Positions 1 through 8,485 are shown, counted from the first letter of the stretch. The stretch: DNA of 50,617 bases from an uncultured archaeon (GCA_903828655.1 CAIKMX010000023.1:1-50617); one strand, 5' to 3'. The notes: generated from the letters alone by a model not told the origin. Numbers and translations: made by a program.

Positions 1-75
1 AAACACCAATTTCAAAGGAAAGTTGAACTTTAAGAAAACCTTGGTTGTCTTAAGTTTCTAAAAAGAAAAGAGTGA
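1..75 (+). repeat. Repeat module A (AAACACCAATT...TTCTAAAAAGAAAAGAGTGA) with a module F copy (16..54) nested in its left hairpin arm. It ends at the stop codon of 76..642.
   Basis: Flanks match module A at 18947..18996, 36164..36216 and (reverse) 48914..48967. The inner 39 nt matches F copies at 2863..2901 and 23786..23824. Confidence 0.75.
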
Positions 76-642
76 TTACATCCCCTCAATAAGCTTCGCG
101 TCATTAAACTTTCCTAAAGATTTGTAAATCTCAAGAAGCTTTTCCTTAACCTGTCTCTTCTCAAGCTCATCAAGGTTCATCTTTATTAGATGCTCATAAA
201 ATCTCATAGCATTTCCCCTCTTTCCCTTCCTTTCCAAATCTTGTGCAGCAAGCATATAGATATTCTTTCTTGCAAGTTTAACATTAGCTCTCTGAGGATC
301 ACTTGCTTCCCTCATTGCACGAACAAACATTTGCTCACTCTCATCAATTCTTCCAACTTTTGAATAAAGCTCAGCAGCCTTAAGATAGCTCTCAATTTTA
401 TCCTTATAAGTTATGTCAATCCCTGCACCATTCTCATAAGCCTTTGCAGCCTTATCCCACAACTTTTGTTCCTCATATAGCTCTCCAAGTGTCCTCCATA
501 AAAATCTCTTCACTTCGAATGTAAACGCCTTGTATCCCAGTGCACTCTCTAGATAAGAAATCTTGTTTAAAGGAGTGAGCATCGCTCTAAGTTTCTCTTT
601 TATCTCACCTACAGTAGTCTCTCTAACTTGTATCACCATCAC
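76..642 (-). CDS. TPR-like helical repeat protein (hypothetical)
   Basis: 188-aa ORF with repeated A/Y/L-rich helix pairs (WDKAAKAYE, AAELYSKVGRIDESEQMF, AMRFYEHLI). TTAAATA (minus sense of 661..667) lies about 20 nt upstream of the ATG. Confidence 0.55.
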   Translation of the reverse strand: MMVIQVRETTVGEIKEKLRAMLTPLNKISYLESALGYKAFTFEVKRFLWRTLGELYEEQKLWDKAAKAYENGAGIDITYKDKIESYLKAAELYSKVGRIDESEQMFVRAMREASDPQRANVKLARKNIYMLAAQDLERKGKRGNAMRFYEHLIKMNLDELEKRQVKEKLLEIYKSLGKFNDAKLIEGM

Positions 643-698
643 CTAGAAACTTTTAGTGGTTATTTAAGGATTTATGTTCTGCAGAACAACTATCTAGA

Positions 699-759
699 AG
701 GAAGGTGAAGCCAGTCATGTGACCGAAGTCTTGCATTATAAAAACCTTGGTTTCCTGGG
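699..759 (+). repeat. Repeat module F, extended variant (AGGAAGGTGAAG..GTGACCGAAGTC..AAAACCTTGGTTTCC)
   Basis: Same head and tail as other F copies. It also carries the same about 24-nt internal insert as 2191..2252, containing a GAC-CGAA-GTC mini-hairpin. Confidence 0.7.
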
Positions 760-830
760 CAAAGGATTTATGTGGTGAAATGCTATGGAGAAATATAAAA
801 ATGAAACAGAAAATAAGTTACCAACACGTT

Positions 831-899
831 AAGAACCACAAACATTCATAAAAAGTCAGATAAGAGCGAGGTGTCTTGACGAAGTCAGACATCGAGCGA
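831..899 (+). repeat. Repeat modules B + C. The C hairpin at 865..899 ends 4 nt from the stop of the RelE pseudogene.
   Basis: AAGAACCACAAACATTCATAAAAA, then AGCGAG-GTGTCT-T-GAC-GAA-GTC-AGACAT-CGAGCGA. Confidence 0.8.
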
Positions 900-902
900 A
901 GT

Positions 903-1169
903 TCATTTCCCATAAACTACATCATGGTGATCATAATCTAAAAGTCTTACAATCTTCAAGGGTTCAAGTATTTCATAAACTATGACAAAATGCCTTACAT
1001 GAACACCTCTCTGCCCCGCCATGTTTGCGGTTAGTGGCTCTCCAATTTGAGGATTTTCAAGAATTTCCTTGATCTTCCTGCTTAAAATTTCAAACTGCAG
1101 CCTATCTCTTTTAGAAATCTTAAAAAACAGTTTATCAAGATGTTTAGGAATTTAGACTCTATAACTCAT
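903..1169 (-). pseudogene. RelE/ParE-family toxin gene with an in-frame TAA at codon 6
   Basis: Minus-strand frame reads MSYRV*IPKHLDKLFFKISKRDRLQFEILSRKIKEILENPQIGEPLTANMAGQRGVHVRHFVIVYEILEPLKIVRLLDYDHHDVVYGK*. The ATG at 1169 is 8 nt after the antitoxin stop, and the TAA is the complement of 1152..1154. Size and layout are typical of RelE/ParE. Confidence 0.65.
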
Positions 1170-1176
1170 AGCAAGT

Positions 1177-1413
1177 CTATTTGTACCTCTTCTCAAAATC
1201 TGAGAAGCCACCAATATTGATAAATTTTCCCTTTCTTATAGAATCTAATCTTTGCAAATATTCCGCTCTTACTTTTGGCTTTTCTTCAATCTGTGCTTTT
1301 ATAAAAATATCAACCTGCTTGCTCATGCTCATACCATTCTGCTTGCAAAAATCAGAGAACTTCCTATAAGTTTCTTCTTCTATATTAAACGTTTTTAATA
1401 CCATAAATAACAT
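1177..1413 (-). CDS. Ribbon-helix-helix (CopG/RelB-like) antitoxin
   Basis: 78 aa. The N-terminal strand-helix-helix pattern KTFNIEEETYRKFSDFCKQNGMSMSKQVDIFIK lies directly upstream of the RelE-like frame. The true start may be the ATG at 1404. Confidence 0.6.
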   Translation of the reverse strand: MLFMVLKTFNIEEETYRKFSDFCKQNGMSMSKQVDIFIKAQIEEKPKVRAEYLQRLDSIRKGKFINIGGFSDFEKRYK

Positions 1414-1466
1414 TAAATAACATTATTTAAATAGTTTTCGGATGAAAAAGTCCTAGAGCGTAGATA

Positions 1467-1530
1467 GTTTGGTAATGTTCCAATCCGTTGACATACTTGT
1501 CCATTCAGTTTTAAGACCCGGCAACTTAAA
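1467..1530 (+). repeat. Repeat module D (GTTTGGTAATG..CAATCCGTTGACATACTTG..TTTTAAGAC..GGCAACTTAA)
   Basis: Core CAATCCGTTGACATACTTG is shared with 31590.., 32486.. and 49086... Confidence 0.8.
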
Positions 1531-1572
1531 ATGTTTTGAATAAAAAAAGCATTTTACATATAAAGAATTAAA

Positions 1573-1656
1573 CCCTACAAAGATGTTAAAATTTTAGCAC
1601 ATTCATAAAAATCGTCCATGCGAGCGCGAGAGCGACAGAGGAGCGGAGCGCGAGCA
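1573..1656 (+). repeat. Repeat modules B + C-prime (GCGAG-rich variant)
   Basis: GATGTTAAAATTTTAGCACATTCATAAAAA matches 22722.. and 23722... It is followed by GCGAGCGCGAGAGCGACAGAGGAGCGGAGCGCGAGCA, as at 23762../23829... Confidence 0.75.
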
Positions 1657-1712
1657 TCAATTACACCTTTCATCACAATAATTATTATAAACCTCATTCA
1701 ACTTACTAAAAG

Positions 1713-2114
1713 ATGCCCTATAAACCAACCCCCACAAGAGGAGAACAACTAGAAGACAATGGATTACAATTATTTCTTCAAACGGGTTTAGGCGAACTAG
1801 AACCGGGTAACCGCCCAAGAGAAGCCCTTCAAAAAATGGCTGAAGAACTAGAGAGATACGGTACCCAAAACCCAAGAAATTATGCATTTAAAGTTTTTAA
1901 CACATACCATTCTTTCTGTCATCTAAGAGGATTCGCAGAAAGACTAGGACAACCAAGACTGCAAAAAGTAGCAGAAGCATACAGAAGATTAGCTTCCGGA
2001 AAAAAATTAAACCCTGACTTAAGGAGAGTTAGAGAATTTGTTAAAGGACTTAGTAATTATATTGCTAACGGTTCTTGTTTTTCCGATGATTCTAGAAGAA
2101 AAGCAGTAGCGTAA
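1713..2114 (+). CDS. Hypothetical protein (Arg-rich orphan)
   Basis: 133-aa ORF between two repeat blocks. No recognisable motif. It was chosen over the overlapping minus ORF 1657..1887 because it is longer. Confidence 0.45.
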   Translation: MPYKPTPTRGEQLEDNGLQLFLQTGLGELEPGNRPREALQKMAEELERYGTQNPRNYAFKVFNTYHSFCHLRGFAERLGQPRLQKVAEAYRRLASGKKLNPDLRRVREFVKGLSNYIANGSCFSDDSRRKAVA

Positions 2115-2160
2115 AAAAATATTCTAAAAAGTCTTAACAAAAAAGTTGAACAAGTCGTTA

Positions 2161-2340
2161 AAGAATTAGCACATTCACAAACCATCTTAAAGGAAAGTTG
2201 AACCGGTGATTTTGACCGAGGTCTTGCTTTCTAAAACCTTGGTTTTCTTAGGAAAGCGAGCATCGTGACGAATGTCCGATGCGAGCGAAAATCGTTTAGT
2301 AACACTACAATTAGTTCACAATTCAACAGCTCCAAAATTA
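2161..2340 (+). repeat. Composite repeat B - F(extended, 2191..2252) - C (2255..2288) - D (2294..2340)
   Basis: AGCACATTCACAAACC; AGGAAAGTTGAAC..AAAACCTTGGTTTTCTTAGG; AGCGAG-CATCG-T-GAC-GAAT-GTC-CGATG-CGAGCGA; GTTTAGTAACAC. Confidence 0.8.
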
Positions 2341-2358
2341 ATCAAGCAAATACAGCAT

Positions 2359-2820
2359 CTACCTAGACTTTTTTTCTTGGATATATAATGCAACTTCTGC
2401 ATCAGACCCAGAATCCTTAATATTAGCCCGAATATAAGGATCAAAAGGTTGTGGAACAATTACCCAAGGATGACTGCCCCTAACCTTAACCTCTAATCGA
2501 CGCCCTCCATCTCCTTCAAAGATATAAGCACGCCTTCCCGGTTCAAGAGATTCCTTATCTGAATCTTCCCCTGCGATATGTGAAGCAGAAACTTTATACT
2601 TCCCATTACCTAACGCAAAACCAAAATCCCTGCAAGAACGACGAACTACTAAATTCGCTTGAATTTCTTGAGTGATTGGAACACGAGTAGAAGAGACCAT
2701 ACTACCCAGTCGATTCAATTCTCCCGCAATCTGTCCTAAGAGCGAATAATCATTCGTAGTATCCATACTTTCCGCAGTATTATTCAATTTATAAACTTTA
2801 TCCCAGAATTTCGTCACCAA
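2359..2820 (-). CDS. Hypothetical protein
   Basis: 153-aa ORF with no recognisable motif. It occupies the position downstream of tuf where many archaea encode S10, but it is not S10-like. Confidence 0.45.
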   Translation of the reverse strand: MVTKFWDKVYKLNNTAESMDTTNDYSLLGQIAGELNRLGSMVSSTRVPITQEIQANLVVRRSCRDFGFALGNGKYKVSASHIAGEDSDKESLEPGRRAYIFEGDGGRRLEVKVRGSHPWVIVPQPFDPYIRANIKDSGSDAEVALYIQEKKSR

Positions 2821-2862
2821 CCAGAAACAAAGTTCCCACTAATCATTCATTCCTACATTAAC

Positions 2863-2901
2863 AGGAGAGTTGACCTTCAAGAGAACCTTGGTTCTCTTAA
2901 G
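2863..2901 (+). repeat. Repeat module F (AGGAGAGTTGACCTTCAAGAGAACCTTGGTTCTCTTAAG)
   Basis: Contains a perfect AAGAGAACC/GGTTCTCTT inverted repeat. It aligns with 16..54 and 23786..23824. Confidence 0.8.
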
Positions 2902-2945
2902 AAAGAGATAGGATATAAATAAAAAAATATCCAAAATAAAAAAAA

Positions 2946-4241
2946 TTACTTAGTAATAAGCTTTTTCTCTACGAGAGACTTGCAAACGCCTGCAGCTACT
3001 GTAACACCAGCATCTCTAATAGCAAATCTTGACATGTTTGGATTGTCCACTGCGGTTTCCAAAACAAGATTTCCTATAGGCTTGATTCTTACAATCGCTA
3101 CATCTCCATTCTTCAAAAAGTCTGGATTTTGCTGAGCAACCTGTCCTGTAGCTGGATCTAGTCTTGCTTGTAGTTCTATGAACTGGCAAGGCACCTGAGC
3201 TGTATGTACATGAAATACCGGAGTATAGCCCTTAGCAATAACAGTTGGGTGATTGATTACTGCAATTTGTGCTGTAAACTCTTCAACTATCTTCGCTGGC
3301 TTTGTTGCATCGCAGATTACATCACCACGAGCAACGTCCTTCTTTCCAATACCTCGTAAGTTGATTCCAACATTGTCTCCAGCTTCAGCTTCTGATAATT
3401 GTTCGTGATGAGCTTCGATACTTCGAACTTCACCCTCAATTCCAGTTCCGCTTCTTCCGGGTAATACAATAACCTTCTGTCCAACTTTCATGGTACCAGT
3501 CTCAATTTTTCCAACAGGAACAGTTCCAATTCCAGTGATTTCATATACATCCTGGATTGGCATACGCAAAGGTAAGTTTGTTGGCTTAGATGGTGCAGGA
3601 AATTTATCTATCTGTTCGAAAACAGTAGGTCCCTTATACCAAGCCATATGCTCAGATCGTTTCTTAACGTTATCGCCTTTCAAAGCTGATGCTGCAACGA
3701 ATTCTGTAGTGTCAGGTTTATAACCTGCTTGCTTCAAAACTGCTGAAACATCTTCCTTGACTTTCTTATACTTAGCTTCATCATAGCCAACAACGTCCAT
3801 CTTGTTGACGATTACTGCCAAGTTTTTTACACCCATAGTTCTTAACAACCATACGTGTTCTTTTGTCTGTGGCTGGACTCCGCCATCAGCTGCGACAACT
3901 AAAAAAGCTGCATCTGCCTGTGAAGCACCTGTAATCATGTTCTTAACGAAGTCTTTGTGACCTGGAGCATCGATTATAGTAACTTCAAAGTTAGGTGTCA
4001 TGATTTTCTTGTAGGAAAGATTGATTGTAACTCCTCTCTCTCTTTCTTCCTTAAGATTATCCATGACGTAAGCAAACTCAAAACCAGCCTTATTGTGCTT
4101 TGCTGCCTCTTCCCTGTGTTTTGTCATTTCCTGTTCAGACACCATACCACTATCGTAGAAAAGTCTACCTATCATAGTAGATTTTCCATGGTCTACGTGC
4201 CCTACGAAAACGACATTCATTATTGGTTTTTGTTTCGCCAT
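2946..4241 (-). CDS. tuf: Translation elongation factor EF-1 alpha
   Basis: GHVDHGKST, DAPGH and NKMD GTPase motifs over the full length. The start is placed at ATG 4241 (MAKQKPIMNVVFVGHVDHGKST) because the track start at 4274 is TTG. Confidence 0.95.
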   Translation of the reverse strand: MAKQKPIMNVVFVGHVDHGKSTMIGRLFYDSGMVSEQEMTKHREEAAKHNKAGFEFAYVMDNLKEERERGVTINLSYKKIMTPNFEVTIIDAPGHKDFVKNMITGASQADAAFLVVAADGGVQPQTKEHVWLLRTMGVKNLAVIVNKMDVVGYDEAKYKKVKEDVSAVLKQAGYKPDTTEFVAASALKGDNVKKRSEHMAWYKGPTVFEQIDKFPAPSKPTNLPLRMPIQDVYEITGIGTVPVGKIETGTMKVGQKVIVLPGRSGTGIEGEVRSIEAHHEQLSEAEAGDNVGINLRGIGKKDVARGDVICDATKPAKIVEEFTAQIAVINHPTVIAKGYTPVFHVHTAQVPCQFIELQARLDPATGQVAQQNPDFLKNGDVAIVRIKPIGNLVLETAVDNPNMSRFAIRDAGVTVAAGVCKSLVEKKLITK

Positions 4242-4332
4242 TTGAATTATATTTAATTTAGTTATAATACACAATAAAGTGTATGAATATCAAGTGTAAT
4301 TGCCATTTAAAAATCTAATGGTTTTAAATTAA

Positions 4333-4503
4333 TCACATTCCTTCTAATGAGTCCCTTGCTTCTTTACATAAATCTCTTACTGAAACTACTTCGCCTCTTC
4401 CACGCATTAAAAATTGATCAGGCAAAAGTTCATCACCACCAACCCGAGAATCATCAATACCAAAATAACCGCTGCCCACACTGTTTTGATTATTATATTT
4501 CAT
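4333..4503 (-). CDS. Possible small ORF (56 aa) between EF-2 and EF-1 alpha
   Basis: My own translation is MKYNNQNSVGSGYFGIDDSRVGGDELLPDQFLMRGRGEVVSVRDLCKEARDSLEGM*. The ATG lies 6 nt after the fusA stop. It falls below the ORF-track size cutoff and I recognise no homolog. Confidence 0.3.
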   Translation of the reverse strand: MKYNNQNSVGSGYFGIDDSRVGGDELLPDQFLMRGRGEVVSVRDLCKEARDSLEGM

Positions 4504-4508
4504 TATAC

Positions 4509-6701
4509 CTACTGATTCTCCTCCAATCCTTTTCTCTCTCTAATTTGTTTTATAATTCTTGCTTGCAGTTCTCCAGGCAATTTCTTGAAATTCTGATCCA
4601 TCAAACTACTTATTCCACGACCTTCAGTAGCGCTTCTCAAATCAGAACTCCATCCCAACATTTCAGCAACAGGCAATTCTGCTTTTACTGTAACTCCAGA
4701 TTCTTCTTGTATAACATCTGCTAACATTCCTCTCTTCGTTGAAACTAATTGTGTAACTGTAGACATGAAATCATTTGGTGCTTCAATCTGATGAGTCTGT
4801 ACTGGCTCAAAAATTGCAGGTGTAGCCTTTGAGAATGCCTCTCTTATTGACTCTCTTATTGCAGGATAAACTTGAGCTGGCCCTCTATGAATTGCATCTT
4901 CGTGAAGTTTCATATCAACCATTGAAATCTTTAATCTATAACATGGCTCTCTTGCCAAAGGTCCTTGATCCATAACATTCTCAAATGAATCCAAAATCAA
5001 TTCGATAACCTCTCCGATATGAACTTCTCCTTTTGTTTTATCAAGGAAAACATTTCCTTTGTAAATATCTCTGTATTGCTGGGCTTCATCTCTTGAAATT
5101 CCTAATGAAACCAATGTCTCATCGAGCTTCTTATCTTTTTTCTTAATTCTTACTTCTGGCAAAGTTCCTTCATCAATAGCTTTTGTTATCGCTTCCTCTA
5201 ATGGCTCAACAACAATGTAGAACTTATTGTGCCCGTTAGGAGAACGTCCTTCCGCAGGGGGGGATTGTTTCATAACCGACTCTCGATAAACTACAATCGG
5301 AGCAGAAGTTTCTACTTCTAATCCCTTTTCAGTTTTAATTCTGTTCTCGATAATTTCAAGATGTAATTCACCCATGCCGGATATTAAAGATTCTCCAGTC
5401 TCCTCGTTAATATTAACTTCTAATGAAGGATCTTCCTTAGCTACCTTCTTCAATATCTCAATTAATTTGGGCAAATCTGCAGATCTCTTTACACTTATTG
5501 CCTTTGTAATAACTGGTTTGAAGATATGTTTTATTTCTTGGAAAGGAGTTTGTTCACTAATAGTTATAGTCTCTCCAACTTCCGAAACAATTCCAGAGAT
5601 GGCCAAAACATTTCCACAAGGAACATTCTCGACCTGTTCAGGTTTTACACCATCATAAACCAAAACCTGTTGTATTCTTTGATGTTTTTTAGCAAGATTA
5701 AGATAAACTTCCTGTCCAACCCTTAAGGTTCCAGAAAACAATCTTCCCGCAGAAATTTCTTTTCCAGAACGAGGATCAATAACAATTCGGGTGATAACAA
5801 AAGCTGTCTCGCCATTTGGATTGCAAGTCATCAAATCTTTTCCAAATGAACTATCTAAATCGCCCTTCCATATTTTTGGGATTCTATATTTTTGAGCTTC
5901 TAAAGGCGACGGCAAGTGTTTTACTACTACATCCATCATTACTTCAAACAATGAAGCATTTTTCCAAACCCAATCTTTTCTTTCTTCTTCAGATAATTTC
6001 TCATCATATATTTTATAGATATCTGCAAATGAAACTCCTTTCTTCTTCATATAAGGAATTGTTAAAGCCCAATTATCTCTTGCAGAACCGAATGCAACGC
6101 TTCCATCATTAACACTAGCCTGCCACTTTACTCTAAATTCTGGCTCCGCCAATTTTGTAACTAAAGTATTAAACTCATGTATAATCTTAACAAATCTTGC
6201 CTGCATCTGCTCCGGCGTAAGTTTCAATTCTTTAATCAGTCTATCAACTTTGTTAATAAAAAGTACGGGCTTTACTCTTTCCCTTAAAGCCTGTCTTAAA
6301 ACAGTTTCTGTCTGAGGCATTATTCCCTCTGAAGCACAAACTAAAACCATCGTTCCATCAATAGCTCTCATTGCTCTTGTAACATTTCCTGAAAAATCAA
6401 CGTGCCCGGGAGTATCAATCAAGTTGACGAGATACTCTTCTCCAGCAAAATCGTGAACCATAGATACATTCGCAGCATCTACCGTTAAAAGCCTCTCCTG
6501 TTCATCCGCATGCTGCCATGTCGCCATTCCTTCATCTAAATCCCCTGCATTTTTAGCCGCCAATTTTCCAGCAGCAGCAAGCAAGTTATCGGTAAAAGCA
6601 GTTTTTCCATGGTGAATATGAGCAGAAGTAGCGATGTTTCTGATATAGTTCTGATTCATAATAATTCTCTTTATTTTATCAAAGTTTTTTTCGCCTGCCA
6701 T
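4509..6701 (-). CDS. fusA: Translation elongation factor EF-2
   Basis: 730 aa with AHIHHGKT, DTPGH and NKVD motifs. The C-terminal region containing the diphthamide-site His is present (EDAIHRGPAQ). Confidence 0.95.
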   Translation of the reverse strand: MAGEKNFDKIKRIIMNQNYIRNIATSAHIHHGKTAFTDNLLAAAGKLAAKNAGDLDEGMATWQHADEQERLLTVDAANVSMVHDFAGEEYLVNLIDTPGHVDFSGNVTRAMRAIDGTMVLVCASEGIMPQTETVLRQALRERVKPVLFINKVDRLIKELKLTPEQMQARFVKIIHEFNTLVTKLAEPEFRVKWQASVNDGSVAFGSARDNWALTIPYMKKKGVSFADIYKIYDEKLSEEERKDWVWKNASLFEVMMDVVVKHLPSPLEAQKYRIPKIWKGDLDSSFGKDLMTCNPNGETAFVITRIVIDPRSGKEISAGRLFSGTLRVGQEVYLNLAKKHQRIQQVLVYDGVKPEQVENVPCGNVLAISGIVSEVGETITISEQTPFQEIKHIFKPVITKAISVKRSADLPKLIEILKKVAKEDPSLEVNINEETGESLISGMGELHLEIIENRIKTEKGLEVETSAPIVVYRESVMKQSPPAEGRSPNGHNKFYIVVEPLEEAITKAIDEGTLPEVRIKKKDKKLDETLVSLGISRDEAQQYRDIYKGNVFLDKTKGEVHIGEVIELILDSFENVMDQGPLAREPCYRLKISMVDMKLHEDAIHRGPAQVYPAIRESIREAFSKATPAIFEPVQTHQIEAPNDFMSTVTQLVSTKRGMLADVIQEESGVTVKAELPVAEMLGWSSDLRSATEGRGISSLMDQNFKKLPGELQARIIKQIRERKGLEENQ

Positions 6702-6736
6702 GTTAAATTAACTCAATATCAAAACAAACTCTAAGC

Positions 6737-7333
6737 TTATCTCGCAGCATCAGCCTGCTTCTCTAAATCATTCTTCTTAGAAATTGCGAAACTCTCTGAA
6801 GAATTTTCAGCAGCAAACATCAACTCTTTTGCAAGTGCCTCAGTCATTGTAGTTTTTTTATTGAATGCCTTATCATAAGCTCCATGAACAAAGAATCTCA
6901 AAACAAGATTTATTCTTCTTCTTGGTGAAATATCAACTGCCTGAGGATAACGAGCTCCGCCATATTCTATCGCAGTAACTTCTTCTCTTGGTGCAGCATT
7001 ATCCAATGCCTTAGCGAAAACTTCAATTGGATTCTTTCCAGTTTTCTTCTCAATCATCTTTAATGCTTCAATAACAATTTTGGCATTCTTAGAATAGTTT
7101 CCAGTTGCCCATCCAGTAATTATTTTATGTTTCTTTCCTCTACTTCCAGGAACTCCGACAAGATTAATCAATCTCTCAACAATATTTACTTTCTGTTTTG
7201 AAGGATCCCATTTAATTCTTCCATGAGACTTCAAAAGTAATTTAGAATCAAAATTAACAACTCTCTTCAACCCCGGATCTTCTACTCTTACCTTCGTAGA
7301 GTCAAACAAACCAAATACTTTCATCATTACCAT
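6737..7333 (-). CDS. rps7: 30S ribosomal protein S7 (uS7)
   Basis: 198 aa in the conserved position after S12. S7-like motifs are present (VERLINLVG..PGSRGKK, IEALKMIEKKTGKNPIEV, ARYPQAVDISPRRRINLVLR). Confidence 0.9.
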   Translation of the reverse strand: MVMMKVFGLFDSTKVRVEDPGLKRVVNFDSKLLLKSHGRIKWDPSKQKVNIVERLINLVGVPGSRGKKHKIITGWATGNYSKNAKIVIEALKMIEKKTGKNPIEVFAKALDNAAPREEVTAIEYGGARYPQAVDISPRRRINLVLRFFVHGAYDKAFNKKTTMTEALAKELMFAAENSSESFAISKKNDLEKQADAAR

Positions 7334-7340
7334 GTTATTT

Positions 7341-7571
7341 TTATAATGAAGCCTCTGCCATTACTTCCCTTCGACAAGCACTATTTAATTTGGATTCTCC
7401 AGTCAACCTTATTCTTTCAGCACTATCTCTTGGTCCCCTAAATACTTCATAAACTCCTCTAACAACGATACCCAAAGAATAAGCTGCCCTGCCAAGAACT
7501 CCTCTATCGGATAAATCTTCCTGAGGAACTAATCGACCCCTATAACTCCTTGAATCTGCAAATGCTATCAT
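7341..7571 (-). CDS. Hypothetical 76-aa Arg/Gly-rich ORF between S12 and S7
   Basis: The ATG overlaps the S12 stop (ATGA at 7568..7571) and the stop lies 7 nt before the S7 ATG. I recognise no motif. It could instead be structured RNA. Confidence 0.4.
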   Translation of the reverse strand: MIAFADSRSYRGRLVPQEDLSDRGVLGRAAYSLGIVVRGVYEVFRGPRDSAERIRLTGESKLNSACRREVMAEASL

Positions 7572-7990
7572 CTTCTACCCTTCTCAATGATTCCCTTCCA
7601 TAGTCTTCTCAATGGCTGGTCATTTACTTTAATTACTTGGAATCTAACTCCAGACAAATCTCCCTTTGTTTTTCCCTGTTGTCCACCGATTCTTTCAATT
7701 ATAACTTCGTCATGCTCATCAACAAATTTCTGTGCTAAATTTCCTGGAATAAATGCTGTAACCTCTCGTCCATTCTTAATCAACTGAACTCTGCAGCACT
7801 TTCTCATAGCAGAGTTAGGCTGCTTAGCTTCTTTTTGAATTTTCTTAATAACAATTCCTTTTGCTTGAGCAGACCCTCCAATTGAATCAAACTTCAAAGT
7901 AATTCCAAGTTTCTTTTTTCGATAAACCTTATTGTTCATCCTATTCTTTTCTCGGTTATTCTTCAACTTCCTAGCATTCATTAATCCCAT
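7568..7990 (-). CDS. rps12: 30S ribosomal protein S12 (uS12)
   Basis: 140 aa with PNSAMRKCCRVQLIKNG..VTAFIPG and GVRFQVIKVN motifs. Confidence 0.93.
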   Translation of the reverse strand: MGLMNARKLKNNREKNRMNNKVYRKKKLGITLKFDSIGGSAQAKGIVIKKIQKEAKQPNSAMRKCCRVQLIKNGREVTAFIPGNLAQKFVDEHDEVIIERIGGQQGKTKGDLSGVRFQVIKVNDQPLRRLWKGIIEKGRR

Positions 7991-8058
7991 GATTATTATT
8001 GTGAAAATTTGATTTAAAAATCTTTAGGTGATAACGTTAACCACCCAAAAAGCGAAAA

Positions 8059-8484
8059 TCAGGCAACTCTTAACCCCTTTACGTTAAAAAGTACCTTTAG
8101 AACGTTCGAAAGCTCTTTTTCTCTTGTTCTTCCCCGACCAATCAAAGCAGCCTTATTAGCTCTTCCAGCACTAATTACAACGAACCCTTCTCTTATCTCA
8201 ATTTTATTAAATGTTATTGGGTCAACAACGTCCGAAACAAATTTTTGTAAATCTGCATCCTCATGAGCAATTGCAACAACCTTTACTCTTCTTCTTAATA
8301 TCTCTGCAAGTCTCTTCATATTCACGCCCTCCTTACCAACAGCCTTTGAAATCATAGGTTTAGGTACGGCAAAAACAATAACGTTGTTATAGATAAAACA
8401 ATTTTTTGTAGAAACACCAGAAACTCTTTCAAATAAGTTGATATATCTCATCAACCTCATATCAATTGTGTTTATCATTCCCAT
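8059..8484 (-). CDS. nusA: Archaeal NusA-like KH-domain transcription termination factor
   Basis: 141 aa with two KH-like segments (GKEGVNMKRL, ALIGRGRTREKEL). It sits in the conserved position between L30e and S12. Confidence 0.85.
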   Translation of the reverse strand: MGMINTIDMRLMRYINLFERVSGVSTKNCFIYNNVIVFAVPKPMISKAVGKEGVNMKRLAEILRRRVKVVAIAHEDADLQKFVSDVVDPITFNKIEIREGFVVISAGRANKAALIGRGRTREKELSNVLKVLFNVKGLRVA

Positions 8485-8485
8485 C

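Noticed and set aside
1657-1887. 76-aa minus-strand ORF overlapping 1713..2114.
   Set aside because: It is shorter and hydrophobic with low complexity, and it starts inside repeat module C-prime. The longer plus-strand ORF was preferred, though neither is strongly supported.
1467-2340. Integron attC sites or a gene-cassette array as the explanation for the repeat-bracketed orphans.
   Set aside because: This is kept only as a hypothesis in the findings. The GTTRRRY/RYYYAAC core sites are not convincingly present (GTTTGGT and GTTTAGT miss the consensus; only GTTAGGT at 8873 fits). There is no integrase in the window, and the repeats also interrupt core operons.
2359-2820. The expected ribosomal protein S10 gene downstream of tuf.
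   Set aside because: The 153-aa ORF has no S10-like sequence. S10 appears to be encoded elsewhere, so no call was made.
4347-4724. 125-aa plus-strand ORF spanning the EF-2 / EF-1alpha spacer and the EF-2 3' end. The many 60-100-aa plus ORFs inside tuf, fusA, rpoA, rpoB and nrdJ were considered with it.
   Set aside because: They lie antisense to strongly supported, highly conserved genes and have low-complexity composition typical of AT-rich antisense frames.
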